From a virus: DNA of 64,000 bases. The position numbers and the translations under genes were made by a program. Each line of letters starts with the position of its first letter. Position 1 is the stretch's first letter. The stretch spans positions 32,001 to 96,000 of IMG/VR virus record IMGVR_UViG_3300005573_001166; one strand, written 5' to 3'. Of this stretch, positions 18,619 through 29,400 are shown piece after piece. Below the pieces are notes generated by a model. It made no database searches, was not told the origin of the DNA, and was given only the letters and a program-made list of their open reading frames with translations.

Positions 18619-20619
18619 TTGAGTGATACAATTATAGTTAGGAACTTAGAGGAAGAGTTCAGAAAGAGTAGGCGGTTTCATCAAATAAAAACTGCTGCCT
18701 CTCAAGAAGGGTCTGGGGGGGTAAACTATTCTTATCTTGCTCCAGGTTTGTTTAGGGAGCCCCCTACAGTAGACGCTCCTTATTCTAGACGGGTAGGTGT
18801 AGTATCTGGTATAGGTAGTAGATCTGTAGAGTCAGACAATCTTACAAATGTAGAAAAACGGGCTATTATGAAGAGTGCTAGTCATATACTGTATACAGAT
18901 CCTGAAATGTATGGGCCCCTCTTTGATCCTATTAACTGGTATCTGCCTTATACATATAAAGTATTGAATAGATGGATTAGGTATTGGGATAGGTTTGATC
19001 CTTGGATAGGCAATGCCATTGATATGCACAGTGAAATCCCCTTATCGCGGTTTACGTTAACCGGGGTAGAGGATGAGGCTATTCAGAGGGAATATGAGGA
19101 TATAGTAGATCAATTAGAGTTATATCAAAGATTATTAGAGATTACAAGAGAGTATTGGCTTTTAGGGGAGGCATTTCCTTTTGCTCATTGGAATGAGGGA
19201 TGGTTAGCTTATGATCAGTTGTCTTTACTTAATCCTGATTATGTACATGTACGCTCTTCCCCGTTAGTGCATGGGAATATGATACAGTTTGAATTAGAAC
19301 CTGACGACGCCACCCTTTCACTTGTTAAGAGTAGCGATCCTGCCGACTTAGAGGTAAGGGAGCTATTAGATCCTGTTGTAATACAAGCAGTAGAAACAGG
19401 AACAAATATACCTCTATCTAGTTTCAACGTTTCCCATATAGCTCGTAAAGCGTCTCCTTATGATTTGAGAGGTACAAGTATTGTATTAAGATGTTTGAAA
19501 GATATGCTTTATATGGATAAGGTAAGAGAGGCGCAGATGGCAATCGCAGATAGACTTATCGTTCCTTTGCAGATATTTAAGTTGGGAGACCCGAAGGGAG
19601 AGTGGTTGCCGTCTCAAGCTCAGCTGGATGAGTTTGCAGAACTGTTAGCATCAGGAAGAGATGACCCTAATTTTGCTATTGTAAGTCATTATGGGTTACA
19701 GGTAGAATATGTAGGTGCTACAGGCAAAATTATACCTACAACACCCGAATTTGATTTTGTCCGCGATAGAATTTTAGCTGCTCTGTTTACCAACAGAGCT
19801 ATGATGGACGGTTCCGGACCTACATATGCAAATGCATCTGTTGCTTTTGAAGTACTGCAGCTGAGGTATATGTCGCTTAGAGGCCTATTAGAGATGTGGG
19901 TCAAACAGAAAATATTTAAACCTATTGCACAAGCGAGAGGTTACTACACCAAATCCTCTAAATCCCGTACTAAGCAGCTAGTAGTTCCGGACATTAAGTG
20001 GCTGGAGAAGATAAGATTGTTAGATGATGTGCAAATGAAGAGATTCCTACTACAGCTTCGTATGAGAATGGAAGTGCCTTTAAGTACCATATGTGACATT
20101 TTTGACCTTGACTATGAAACTCTTAAAAAAGACTTAGCTAACGAGCTTGGAACTGTAGCAGACCCTGTTTGGAGGCAAGCTATGAGCAAGGAAATAGCAT
20201 TAAGTGCTTCCGCTCCAACTCCTCAACCCTCCTTCGCTATGCCCGGTATTGCTCCAGGTATGGGTATGCCTTTTGGGGAGATGTTTCCCGGTGCTACAGG
20301 GCCTAGTGCCAGAGAGGTTGCCCCTGAGGGAGGTGTTTCTCCTGGAGGTCCAGAGCTTCCAGGTTTACAGCCCGAGATGATAGGGCCTGGTGCAGGAGTG
20401 GAGGCTAGTAAAAAACCTTCTAATTCGGAGGAATTAGCTAATCTTATAGCATATAGGGAGGCTTTAGAGAGAAAACATGTAGAAGCTGTAAAGAAGATAG
20501 AAGAAGAGGTCAAGTCAAATGGGAAAATGTACCGTAGGGTGTTTGGTGTAGCTAGAAACGATAATAAACACGGAGTCAAAAGAATGGGGGATTCTTTTTA
20601 TGTAGTAGATAGAGGTTAA
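18619..20619 (+). CDS. portal protein
   Basis: typical size and position; EYWLLGEAF, LLNPDYV, HIARKASPYDLRGTSIVLR, QLRYMSLR; Pro/Gly-rich C-terminal tail. Confidence 0.85.
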   Translation: MSDTIIVRNLEEEFRKSRRFHQIKTAASQEGSGGVNYSYLAPGLFREPPTVDAPYSRRVGVVSGIGSRSVESDNLTNVEKRAIMKSASHILYTDPEMYGPLFDPINWYLPYTYKVLNRWIRYWDRFDPWIGNAIDMHSEIPLSRFTLTGVEDEAIQREYEDIVDQLELYQRLLEITREYWLLGEAFPFAHWNEGWLAYDQLSLLNPDYVHVRSSPLVHGNMIQFELEPDDATLSLVKSSDPADLEVRELLDPVVIQAVETGTNIPLSSFNVSHIARKASPYDLRGTSIVLRCLKDMLYMDKVREAQMAIADRLIVPLQIFKLGDPKGEWLPSQAQLDEFAELLASGRDDPNFAIVSHYGLQVEYVGATGKIIPTTPEFDFVRDRILAALFTNRAMMDGSGPTYANASVAFEVLQLRYMSLRGLLEMWVKQKIFKPIAQARGYYTKSSKSRTKQLVVPDIKWLEKIRLLDDVQMKRFLLQLRMRMEVPLSTICDIFDLDYETLKKDLANELGTVADPVWRQAMSKEIALSASAPTPQPSFAMPGIAPGMGMPFGEMFPGATGPSAREVAPEGGVSPGGPELPGLQPEMIGPGAGVEASKKPSNSEELANLIAYREALERKHVEAVKKIEEEVKSNGKMYRRVFGVARNDNKHGVKRMGDSFYVVDRG

Positions 20620-20696
20620 AGCAGTACCTTCTACTTTTTGCCCAATCTTAAAAATACTTCAAATGTACTTTTTTAAGCAGCTGGATCAGCACACCT

Positions 20697-20903
20697 TTGT
20701 GGTTTTTAAAAATGAAGAGAGCAGAATTTTTCGAGCGCTTAAAGTCTTGGAAGAGAGCTGATGTTATACATCTTGTAATAGCTTTATTGTTTAACCCTAA
20801 CGTGGATAAAGGTAAAATAATTTCTTTTATAGAGAGTACGTTTCAGGATTACGAAATCAATAAAGCATTAAAGGATATAGGGAGAGAGGAAAGACTTGTA
20901 TAA
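20697..20903 (+). CDS. hypothetical small protein
   Basis: short ORF in the operon direction. Confidence 0.45.
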   Translation: MWFLKMKRAEFFERLKSWKRADVIHLVIALLFNPNVDKGKIISFIESTFQDYEINKALKDIGREERLV

Positions 20904-20916
20904 GGAGGTAGGAAGG

Positions 20917-21027
20917 ATGAAAAAGAAAAAGATAAAAAAGGTAGTAGTTGGAAAAATCAAATCTTCTTTCGAGGTAAAACCCAAGCCTAAAGAAGAGGCT
21001 AATCCTAAACCGGATAAGGAGGAATGA
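20917..21027 (+). CDS. 36-aa lysine-rich micro-protein (not in ORF track)
   Basis: AAGGAGG SD then MKKKKIKKVVVGKIKSSFEVKPKPKEEANPKPDKEE*. Confidence 0.6.
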   Translation: MKKKKIKKVVVGKIKSSFEVKPKPKEEANPKPDKEE

Positions 21028-21030
21028 CAA

Positions 21031-24000
21031 ATGCTGTCCAATCCTGTGAAAATGCAGTGGGATTATAATGAATGGATGCAGCTTGTTAATTTTCTCAGGC
21101 CTCTTAGAAAGGCGGGAATAAGCCAGGTTTTTGATAAAGAGGATCCTTTAGTTAGCCTACTGCAAGAATATAAAAGAACTAATAAAATGAAAACTGCAGG
21201 TTCTTATGAGGACTTACTAGCTGCTGTAGAAGGAAAACTACTTATTGCGTCCATTAAAATAGACGGTGTATTGACTTGTATAGGTTACAAAGATGGAAAG
21301 GCTAAATTAGTAACATTGGAAGGTAGGATTATTACTGATTTGCCTGTTACAGATGAAATAGAACATATTTTAGAAGGAAAAGAAGAAACTATTTTTATAG
21401 GCGAGTTGTATGGGGTTGATTTGGCAGGTAAAGAACTTCCTTTTAACAAAACACTTTCGCTTGTACGAAAACCTGAGAGTGAAGCAGATGAAAAAAGAAT
21501 AAGGGTGGCTGTTTTTGATGTTCTTAAATACGATGGTAAGGATGTATCCCAACTTCCCTACGCACAAAGGTGTCCTATTATAGAAGATGTGTTTGGTTCA
21601 GGTGCGTATATTACTCCTGTTTATACTAAAGAAGGGGACGAGAGTACGGTTGCAGCGTTGTGGAAGCAAAAAGTACTTAAAGAAGGAAGAGAAGGGATTG
21701 TTGTCAGAACGGACGGAACTTATAAACTTAAACCTGTACAAACAGCCGATTTAGCTGTAATAGGGATGGAAATATCAGATAGGCACCCGAATTGGGCAGG
21801 AGCTTTGTTATTAGCAGCTGTAGATAACGATGGTATCTTTTTAGATGCAGGTAAAGTAGGAACCGGCTTAACTCTAAAAGACAGAAGAGACTGGTTTAAA
21901 AAGATAATGGATAAAAAGGTAGTACAAATAGGTAACAAGGTTTTTGTAGACCCCTATGCTTTTGATACCGTAGTCGAGGTAAAATATAAAGGGGTTAACT
22001 TGGAAGGAAGGAATGCTTGGGAGTTTACAGCAGGTAAGCTTGTACCTATAGGTAAAAGGCGTTTTACGGCTTTAAGGCATCCAAGCCTGGTAAGGGTTAG
22101 AGAAGATAAGCATGTAGAGCATTCAGACGTATCCGATGAGCAGATACCTGAAGTGCGTAAGGGATCCCTTACAAGAAAAGCATACGTACCTACCAAAAAA
22201 GAGAGATTGCGTAATAGAGTATACGAGGGCTCTATAGTAGCAGAAGATTATGGCAAGCAGCTTGCTGATTTTACATTAAAGAGGATAGCTTTAGAAGAGG
22301 CGCAGTTAAATGAGGGAACTTTAGATATAATATGGAGTAAATATAACGTACCTCTTAATTATTACGTAACTACAAAGACAAGGGACAAAAACTACTTTCC
22401 TTCTACCTTAGACCAAAATACGTTCTCAGAACTTGCTCCAATAGCCAGAGACGCTTATGCAAGATATCTAAGATTCGGAACAAAGTTAACAGACTATGAT
22501 AAAAAGTTAGCTAAGGAGTTAAGTAAGTATGTTAATATACCCCACCAAGACGATGTCGATGAGTCATATTATTTTGCAGTGCTCAATGCTTGGAACAAAA
22601 AGTATATAAATCCTTTAATGAGTTATACTATTTGGGAGTACTGGGATGAAGCATCCTCTATACCTGTTTCCACTTCACCTCAAGAGTATATAGAGCAAAT
22701 GAAAAATAATTTGGCACTTTCAGAGAAACTAGATGATATAAATAATTCGCAGGCTTTATGGGAACAGCAATTTGCTACTGTTAAAAAAGTAGAGGATGAC
22801 CGAGGGGAGTTAGTGTATGAAACTACAACTCCTAATAACGTGTCTACTGTATATGGATATCTAGCTCCTCAAAGAAGATTCAGGATTCTGTTGTACTACC
22901 TAACTAATACCCAGAGGCCAAACGCTGTCGTTATGGCGGGGTACCTACATACGTTAAAAAGTATGGGTGTTCTTATACCCGAGAACACAGAGTTGCCTGT
23001 TCCTGTAGAAGTAGCAGACAAAGAAGTAAAAACTTTTGAGGAATTAGTAGACGTGGTAGTGGATAGAGGCATACTTTCCAATCAAGAAAGAACAGATCTC
23101 CTAGCTCTATATCAAAGTTTAGACAAAAGAGAAGAAGATGCATTAGACTTTGAAAAAGCGCTTGTACCTTATGTTAGAACGGTTATTACGGAAGAAGATG
23201 AGATAGAGACTGAAATGGCATCTGTAGAACCTGTAGAAGTTACTCCTGAAACAGAAGCAAGAGATCTAGTAAGAACGTACTGGCAAATGAGTGAATTTGG
23301 TAGTCCTCTTCTTATTACTATTGGCTCGGAGTCTCCTATATTAGAATTGGATACTCCAGTTGTTTTTAATAGAAAGAAAAGAGGAAATTTTGCAGAGTTA
23401 GCTAATGCCCTCGTTTTTACAGATAGGTTGCATAGAAACATGGGCAACATTATACTTATAAACCCTCTACTAGGCAGCGATTTCAAAATAGAACCGATCA
23501 CAGAGGAGGGGTTGAGGCAACTTAGCCATGTATATGAAGGAATGTGGTGGGAAACTGAAGGAAAGGAGTTAAAGGGGGTAGGGGATGTTGGAGAGTTTGC
23601 TCGTTATTATTTTGAAGAGGATTTAGGTGCTGTTAAGAACGCGTCGGATATGTTAAAGAGTATAGAGGAATATATACAAAACTCTCCTGGAACTGTATTG
23701 GTCTATTATAAGGAGTCAGGTGTGTTAGATAGGGTTGACACTTTTACAGGTGCTTTAAGTGTACTAGCTGCCGACTACCCAGGAGTTTATTTTGCAAGGA
23801 CGCCTGAGTTAACTACAGAGTATGTTGTGTATGCCAATTTACCTTCTCCAATAGAAGAACAAATACTTGAAGGAAGGGGCGTTCCCAACCTTTCCGAAGT
23901 ACAACAAGCTTTGAGCATTGCAACCCCTTTACAGATAGAAGAGGTACCTGAAGAGCCTGAACAACCTACTCCTGAACAACCTACTCCTGAACAACCTACT

Positions 24001-26421
24001 CCTGAACAACCTACTTCTGAACAACCTACTCCTGAAGAGCCTGAAGAAAAGTTGGGTATGAGGCTACCAGACAACGAGTCAGATTTTCTTAAACTTCTCT
24101 ATGCTTTAGATATACCAAAGTTGTACGAAGAAGAGGAAGGCATACCCCCAGAGGAAAAACAGTTGGAAGATGTACCTGAACCTGAAATACATGAACAACC
24201 TGCTCCTGAGGTGCCTACACAACCTGAACTTGAGCCTCAGATGTTCGAGCCTAACGAATTTCCTGAAGGGGCGATACATATACCGGACTCTTTAGATAGA
24301 GAAAAGGTATTGGCGGATGAGGAGGTAGAAAATTTGGAAGGTAGTCTTCCAGGTTACCTAGATGCTTTATTCGCTCATCCGGAATACAGGTTTGAAGTTG
24401 AAGGTAAAAGGGTATGGGATCTTACTATAAAGCTCAGATCTTATAATGTAAGTAGAAAAGAATATATAAAGAGTGTAGTATACTCTATTTTAGAGGAGAG
24501 GGCTCCAGGTCAGGACTTTAATATTCGCATATTACCAAAAGACATAGACGATCAGTTAGCTTCTGATGAGAAAGCTGTTACACCTGTTTTTGTAGCAACG
24601 GTGCCTCCAAAGAAAGAAAAAGAGGAAGCGGAACCTCCTGTTTTTCCTTCAGTATCAGAATCAGAGTTTCTCAGTAATGTAACTGCCTCTACACTTACAG
24701 AGGTATTAAGTAGTATACTTACTGCTTTAAATATACCTGTAACTATTTCTCCCACTATAATTGCTCCACCAGACGAAATTGTAAGCAACCGTTTTACGGC
24801 TATTTCAAATATAATGAGAGATCTATTTGAAAAAGAGCCTGATTTGTATAGCATAGTAGTCGACCTAACTGCAGAAAAGTTTGGGTTGACAGGCGAGGAG
24901 GTAGACGAGTACATTCGCAACCTCCTTAACATAAAGGTACTTACACTAGTACCCAGAGATCTTGTACCTGAAGATGCAGATCATACAGGGGAAGAAGGTA
25001 CTTTTCTTCCAAAAGTTTACCTTTCAGATACAGCCTCAGAGTTGTTAGCAACCAGGCGTAGAATAGATAATATGAAAGATGCTTTAAATGATGCGATAGG
25101 GAAGGCAGAGGGGCAGAAAATAACTATATCTTTACCTTATTACGATAGAGATATATACGAAGCAGCGCTCAAAGAGGTTCAGATACCGAAGGGCGTAACT
25201 ATAGTACCTCAATGGACTAATACAGAAAATGATTGGCATTTTGAAGTGTCTTATGCAATGCCTAGAGAATTAGGTACAGCTCCTAGAAACTCGATCCCAT
25301 CTCGCAGATTTTTCAAGATCATACCTGAAGTAGAGGAGGTAGAGTTTCCTATCGATGCTTTAGTAAAGACTATACAAAAAACCGACAAGCGGCCTTTACT
25401 TATTTATGTAAATCAAGCCGATTATGAAGCAGTTAGAGACATGTCGAATCAAGTAGGAGAGTTAGCGAACGATCCTGGCATATTTATAGCGATGGATAAT
25501 TCAATAGATCCTATAGACAATAATAGAAGGTTTGAGGTTAAAGTGCTTCCTAAGAGTACATCTTTATACTTTCCATATAAAAATGCATGGGAACCAACAG
25601 ACGTCTCTATACAGGATAAACTGGAAGAGCAATATGATCGTAATGTACAACGTTTACACGAAATAGAAGGACAGCAAACGCCCGCTCTTGTTAATATGCT
25701 GTCGACAGAAAAGGTAATGGATCTAAATAAGGCCGTAACAGGACCTATAGCGTCGTTTAAAGGTTATAGTAGACAGATTCCTTTAAACTTACAAATGACT
25801 TTTAATAACAACGGTATAGAAATCTCGCCTTTTGCTAAGCTATACCGTTTAGAGGAAAACGTTTACTATGTTACTGATCCAGCTTTAATAAGGGAAAAGG
25901 AAGGAGAGGCTTTTATAATTAAGGTAGATCCTAACTCTAAAACATCAGAAGTTTACAAAGCATCAGATGAATTTACCTCATTTACAGATGTATACAAATT
26001 TCGTCAGGGCATGCAGGAAGCATATAACTACTGTACATCTAGTACTCCATCTCCTGAACAAGTTGTACGTTATTGGTTGCAGGAAGAGGTACATAAAGCA
26101 TCATATCCGGAGCAACTCGGCTGGCTAAGAATGATGCATTTATTTGGCTTTCCTGTTAAATACAGAGTTAAGGGCATTCGTCCTTCTTCAACATCTTACA
26201 AAGCGTTAGGAATATCTGATGCGGTTTCTTTTATGTCTCGATATACTGCAGGTGTGCAACCTAATGCAGAAGAAATAAAAGCTCAAATTGCAACGTTACA
26301 AGAAGACATACCTGAAGAACTTCGCAGTGTATACGAGACAGGCTGGGTAGAGGGTTTAATGCAGTATGGTTATCCTGTAGATGATCTAGGTGTAAAAGGA
26401 TTCCCTATATTATCGCTTTAA
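21031..26421 (+). CDS. 1796-aa polyprotein-like protein with an N-terminal ATP-dependent DNA ligase module (~21199-22182)
   Basis: motif I SIKIDG, FIGELY, VAVFDVL, EGIVVR, KLKP, then OB-domain GKVGTG, EVKY, LRHP..REDK; remainder unrecognised. Confidence 0.9.
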   Translation: MLSNPVKMQWDYNEWMQLVNFLRPLRKAGISQVFDKEDPLVSLLQEYKRTNKMKTAGSYEDLLAAVEGKLLIASIKIDGVLTCIGYKDGKAKLVTLEGRIITDLPVTDEIEHILEGKEETIFIGELYGVDLAGKELPFNKTLSLVRKPESEADEKRIRVAVFDVLKYDGKDVSQLPYAQRCPIIEDVFGSGAYITPVYTKEGDESTVAALWKQKVLKEGREGIVVRTDGTYKLKPVQTADLAVIGMEISDRHPNWAGALLLAAVDNDGIFLDAGKVGTGLTLKDRRDWFKKIMDKKVVQIGNKVFVDPYAFDTVVEVKYKGVNLEGRNAWEFTAGKLVPIGKRRFTALRHPSLVRVREDKHVEHSDVSDEQIPEVRKGSLTRKAYVPTKKERLRNRVYEGSIVAEDYGKQLADFTLKRIALEEAQLNEGTLDIIWSKYNVPLNYYVTTKTRDKNYFPSTLDQNTFSELAPIARDAYARYLRFGTKLTDYDKKLAKELSKYVNIPHQDDVDESYYFAVLNAWNKKYINPLMSYTIWEYWDEASSIPVSTSPQEYIEQMKNNLALSEKLDDINNSQALWEQQFATVKKVEDDRGELVYETTTPNNVSTVYGYLAPQRRFRILLYYLTNTQRPNAVVMAGYLHTLKSMGVLIPENTELPVPVEVADKEVKTFEELVDVVVDRGILSNQERTDLLALYQSLDKREEDALDFEKALVPYVRTVITEEDEIETEMASVEPVEVTPETEARDLVRTYWQMSEFGSPLLITIGSESPILELDTPVVFNRKKRGNFAELANALVFTDRLHRNMGNIILINPLLGSDFKIEPITEEGLRQLSHVYEGMWWETEGKELKGVGDVGEFARYYFEEDLGAVKNASDMLKSIEEYIQNSPGTVLVYYKESGVLDRVDTFTGALSVLAADYPGVYFARTPELTTEYVVYANLPSPIEEQILEGRGVPNLSEVQQALSIATPLQIEEVPEEPEQPTPEQPTPEQPTPEQPTSEQPTPEEPEEKLGMRLPDNESDFLKLLYALDIPKLYEEEEGIPPEEKQLEDVPEPEIHEQPAPEVPTQPELEPQMFEPNEFPEGAIHIPDSLDREKVLADEEVENLEGSLPGYLDALFAHPEYRFEVEGKRVWDLTIKLRSYNVSRKEYIKSVVYSILEERAPGQDFNIRILPKDIDDQLASDEKAVTPVFVATVPPKKEKEEAEPPVFPSVSESEFLSNVTASTLTEVLSSILTALNIPVTISPTIIAPPDEIVSNRFTAISNIMRDLFEKEPDLYSIVVDLTAEKFGLTGEEVDEYIRNLLNIKVLTLVPRDLVPEDADHTGEEGTFLPKVYLSDTASELLATRRRIDNMKDALNDAIGKAEGQKITISLPYYDRDIYEAALKEVQIPKGVTIVPQWTNTENDWHFEVSYAMPRELGTAPRNSIPSRRFFKIIPEVEEVEFPIDALVKTIQKTDKRPLLIYVNQADYEAVRDMSNQVGELANDPGIFIAMDNSIDPIDNNRRFEVKVLPKSTSLYFPYKNAWEPTDVSIQDKLEEQYDRNVQRLHEIEGQQTPALVNMLSTEKVMDLNKAVTGPIASFKGYSRQIPLNLQMTFNNNGIEISPFAKLYRLEENVYYVTDPALIREKEGEAFIIKVDPNSKTSEVYKASDEFTSFTDVYKFRQGMQEAYNYCTSSTPSPEQVVRYWLQEEVHKASYPEQLGWLRMMHLFGFPVKYRVKGIRPSSTSYKALGISDAVSFMSRYTAGVQPNAEEIKAQIATLQEDIPEELRSVYETGWVEGLMQYGYPVDDLGVKGFPILSL
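23956..24030 (+). repeat. 15-bp tandem repeat x5 (PEQPT linker)
   Basis: cctgaacaacctact x5, one copy tctgaac. Confidence 0.95.
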
Positions 26422-26437
26422 AAAAGCCGGAAAGGAC

Positions 26438-29400
26438 TTGCAGAGTAAAATGACTACAGCTGATTTTATACAACTTTTAAGACAAGCAGACGAAAGCAAT
26501 CCTATACAACCCGACGAACCTAATGACGACATATGGGAGGCGATAACCGAGTTTGTTCCTCTGCCTCCTGATGTCATTGAAGGGGCAGGGGCAGACTTAG
26601 TACAGAAGGTTGTATCTGCATATAAACAATTACAAGAGTCAGATTCTCCGGAAAAAGAGAGCTATTTGCAAGAAATATTAAACGATTTCTTAAATCAATA
26701 CCAAGAGTTACCCCCCGATCAACAGCAAATTGCAGAAGATGTACTAAAAGAATATCAGGGTGACTATCCTGAGATCGTCCCTGCTTTCAATCAAGCTCTT
26801 ACTGATTTTATAAAGCAGATGCAGCCGATAGAGCAACCAGTACAGCCGGTGCAGCAAGTACAGCAAGTACAGCAAGAACAGCCTATACAACCTGAGATGC
26901 CTGCTGTAGTAAGAACTTACAGTACTAACATTTTAAATGCATTAAGTCAGTTAGAGGAGAAGAATCCTGAACAAATTAGAGACATTCTGGCTAACAAGCT
27001 CAACGATATCTTCAATCATGCTCTTAGAGAGGAAGAGAGGCAAGAGTACTTCCAAATCTATACAGACATAATGAACAATGTATTAGCCAACTTTCCTGAT
27101 TTACAGAATCAAGTGGACGTGGGTCAAATATGGAATGGGGAGTTGGAAGTCAGAGAGAAGGGCTTGCAATTAGCAGGAGATTTGGCCGCTTCTTTAAAAG
27201 AGGGATTGAAAGCAGGAGGCACAGCGTACGACTTACAATCTATTATACTAGATAAGCTGATGCCTTTAATAGAGGAGTACAGTAAAGGCGATGAAAAGCA
27301 AAAGCGTGAGATATTATCGGCATATAATGCACTACGTTATGCCTTTCCTTCTGTTTACGGCGATGCTGTAACAGCTAAAACACTCACATCTGTTATTGAA
27401 AACATTTGGAAAGAAGGGCAAGAATGGTTATCTCCTACCCCTTGGGTGAACATTATAAAATCGCAAATAGGGGCGGAGGATCTTGTAAACTATGATAGAA
27501 TAGTAAACATATTTGAACGAAATGCAACCAGATTCCTAAAAAGTAATTTACCCTTTCTACGTACCCCTGAACAGCGTAAAGCTTTTATAGACTCTTTTTT
27601 AAACAGTGTCAGTACTACTCCGTATATAAGAGATCTAGTTAAAGAGGAGTTATATGATTGGTTGGATGATTTAGAAAGAGAAAAACCTGAACCTGGAACA
27701 CCTGAATACGATGCTGCTGAAGGTTTAGGAGGATTAAAGCAAGATGCTTTAGGTAGGGCCTCAGAGTACACAGCCATACCTGCTAGATTCGATAAAGCAT
27801 TTATTTCATTTTTAAGTCAGTTGCCTAGGCAAGTTGATGTAGATACAGCAGCTAACGAGTACAAAGAAAGGTGGCTTTCTGCGTTAGAGGAGGCTATACC
27901 TACTGAAAACACGACAGCTGCTACCTACAATAAAGCAGTTTTGAATTGGTTACAGAAACAGATAGACAATGTTTATAATAAGCGCCTTTCAGAATACAAA
28001 CAGAGGCCTGAAACAGTAACTCCTGCTTGGTATGGTGCTTTAGCTGTAGGCAGTTTCGAGAAAGATGCTTTTGGAGACGTAACTACAAAACCTGAGGTTG
28101 TTGCAGATAGGTTTGAAAAAGGATTGACTGCTTATTGGAACGAGTTTACTAGAGAGCAAAGAGATGAATACTATAATGCTTTTGTAAATCAGTTGAAAAG
28201 TGAATTAGGAGAGGCAGCACAAGGTTACGTTAAAGAGGTAGACAAAAGGTATGAAGAGTTAAAACGGAGTAAAGGTACGGGAAAAGTTATAGGTCCTACC
28301 GATCCGACTATAAGAGCGATTGAGGGTTACATAGATAAGGGAAACTTTCCCGGATTAGCAAGTTTTTGGATCCGCTATGATGCTTCTAATGCATCTCCTC
28401 AAGAGAAACAACAAGTTTGGGATACTATTGTAGGGCACTCATTAGTAGATAGTATAAATACTAATATGGAGGCTCTAATGAATCAGTTAGATGCGGGAGA
28501 AGTCCCTGACGAGATAAAAGACATTATAAACACGAATGCAGTAAAAGTAGATGATGCACAGGTTGTTGGTAAAGAGGGCAACCAGTGGAAAGTATTAGTT
28601 AAATCAGGAGACAGTGAGTATCTTTTTAATATAAGGTTTGAGCTCTACAAAGGAAACGAGCAGATAGGAATACATTATAGTGATATAGATACTGCTGATT
28701 TTGTTAGAAGGGAATATTATAGAAATAAAGTTGTAAACAAAGTATTTAGTGAATTAGCAGATAAAGACCCCGAAACTTGGCAGGGGGAAGATTGGTATGC
28801 TTTTGGTGATCAGTTAGTAGGTTTAATTAAGAAAAGCTACGAAGGTTCTAAAAAGTCAGAAGACTTTATAAACAAACTAACTGCTCAACAACTGGTCGCA
28901 CTTACTAGAAACATGCCTAAAGATGCATATACAACTTTTGTAGGTTATCTACCTCCAGAGATAGCTGCTTATATGCCTTATAGATCTAGTACTTTAACAT
29001 CTTTACTTTTCGAGTGGTTGGATAGGAAAGGTACAGCCGCCTCTAGAGCAGAGATAGAGAAGAGAATGAGAGCAGGTACTACGCCAACTCCGCCTCCTTC
29101 CACACAACCTCCTCCTACAGCAGGTACTCCACCTTCTACACAACCTCCTGCAACAGGTACTCCACCTTCTACACAACCTCCTGCAACAGGTACTCCACCT
29201 TCTACACAACCTCCTGTAAAAGGTACTATAGAAGTTAAGTATGATGATGAAAAAGGGTACGTTCTTGATTTAAGCAAAAAGGACGAGCTTATACTGAAAG
29301 ACGGTAGGACGGTTACTCCTCTTTCTACTTATGTAGATCCTCTCGGGTTTTTATTGGTAGCAGATGAAAACGGTAATAGGGATGTTATAAATTTGAAAGA

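Noticed and set aside
23956-29216. Short tandem repeats as a CRISPR array
   Set aside because: No unique spacers; they are in-frame Pro-rich linkers (PEQPT, TPPSTQPPATG).
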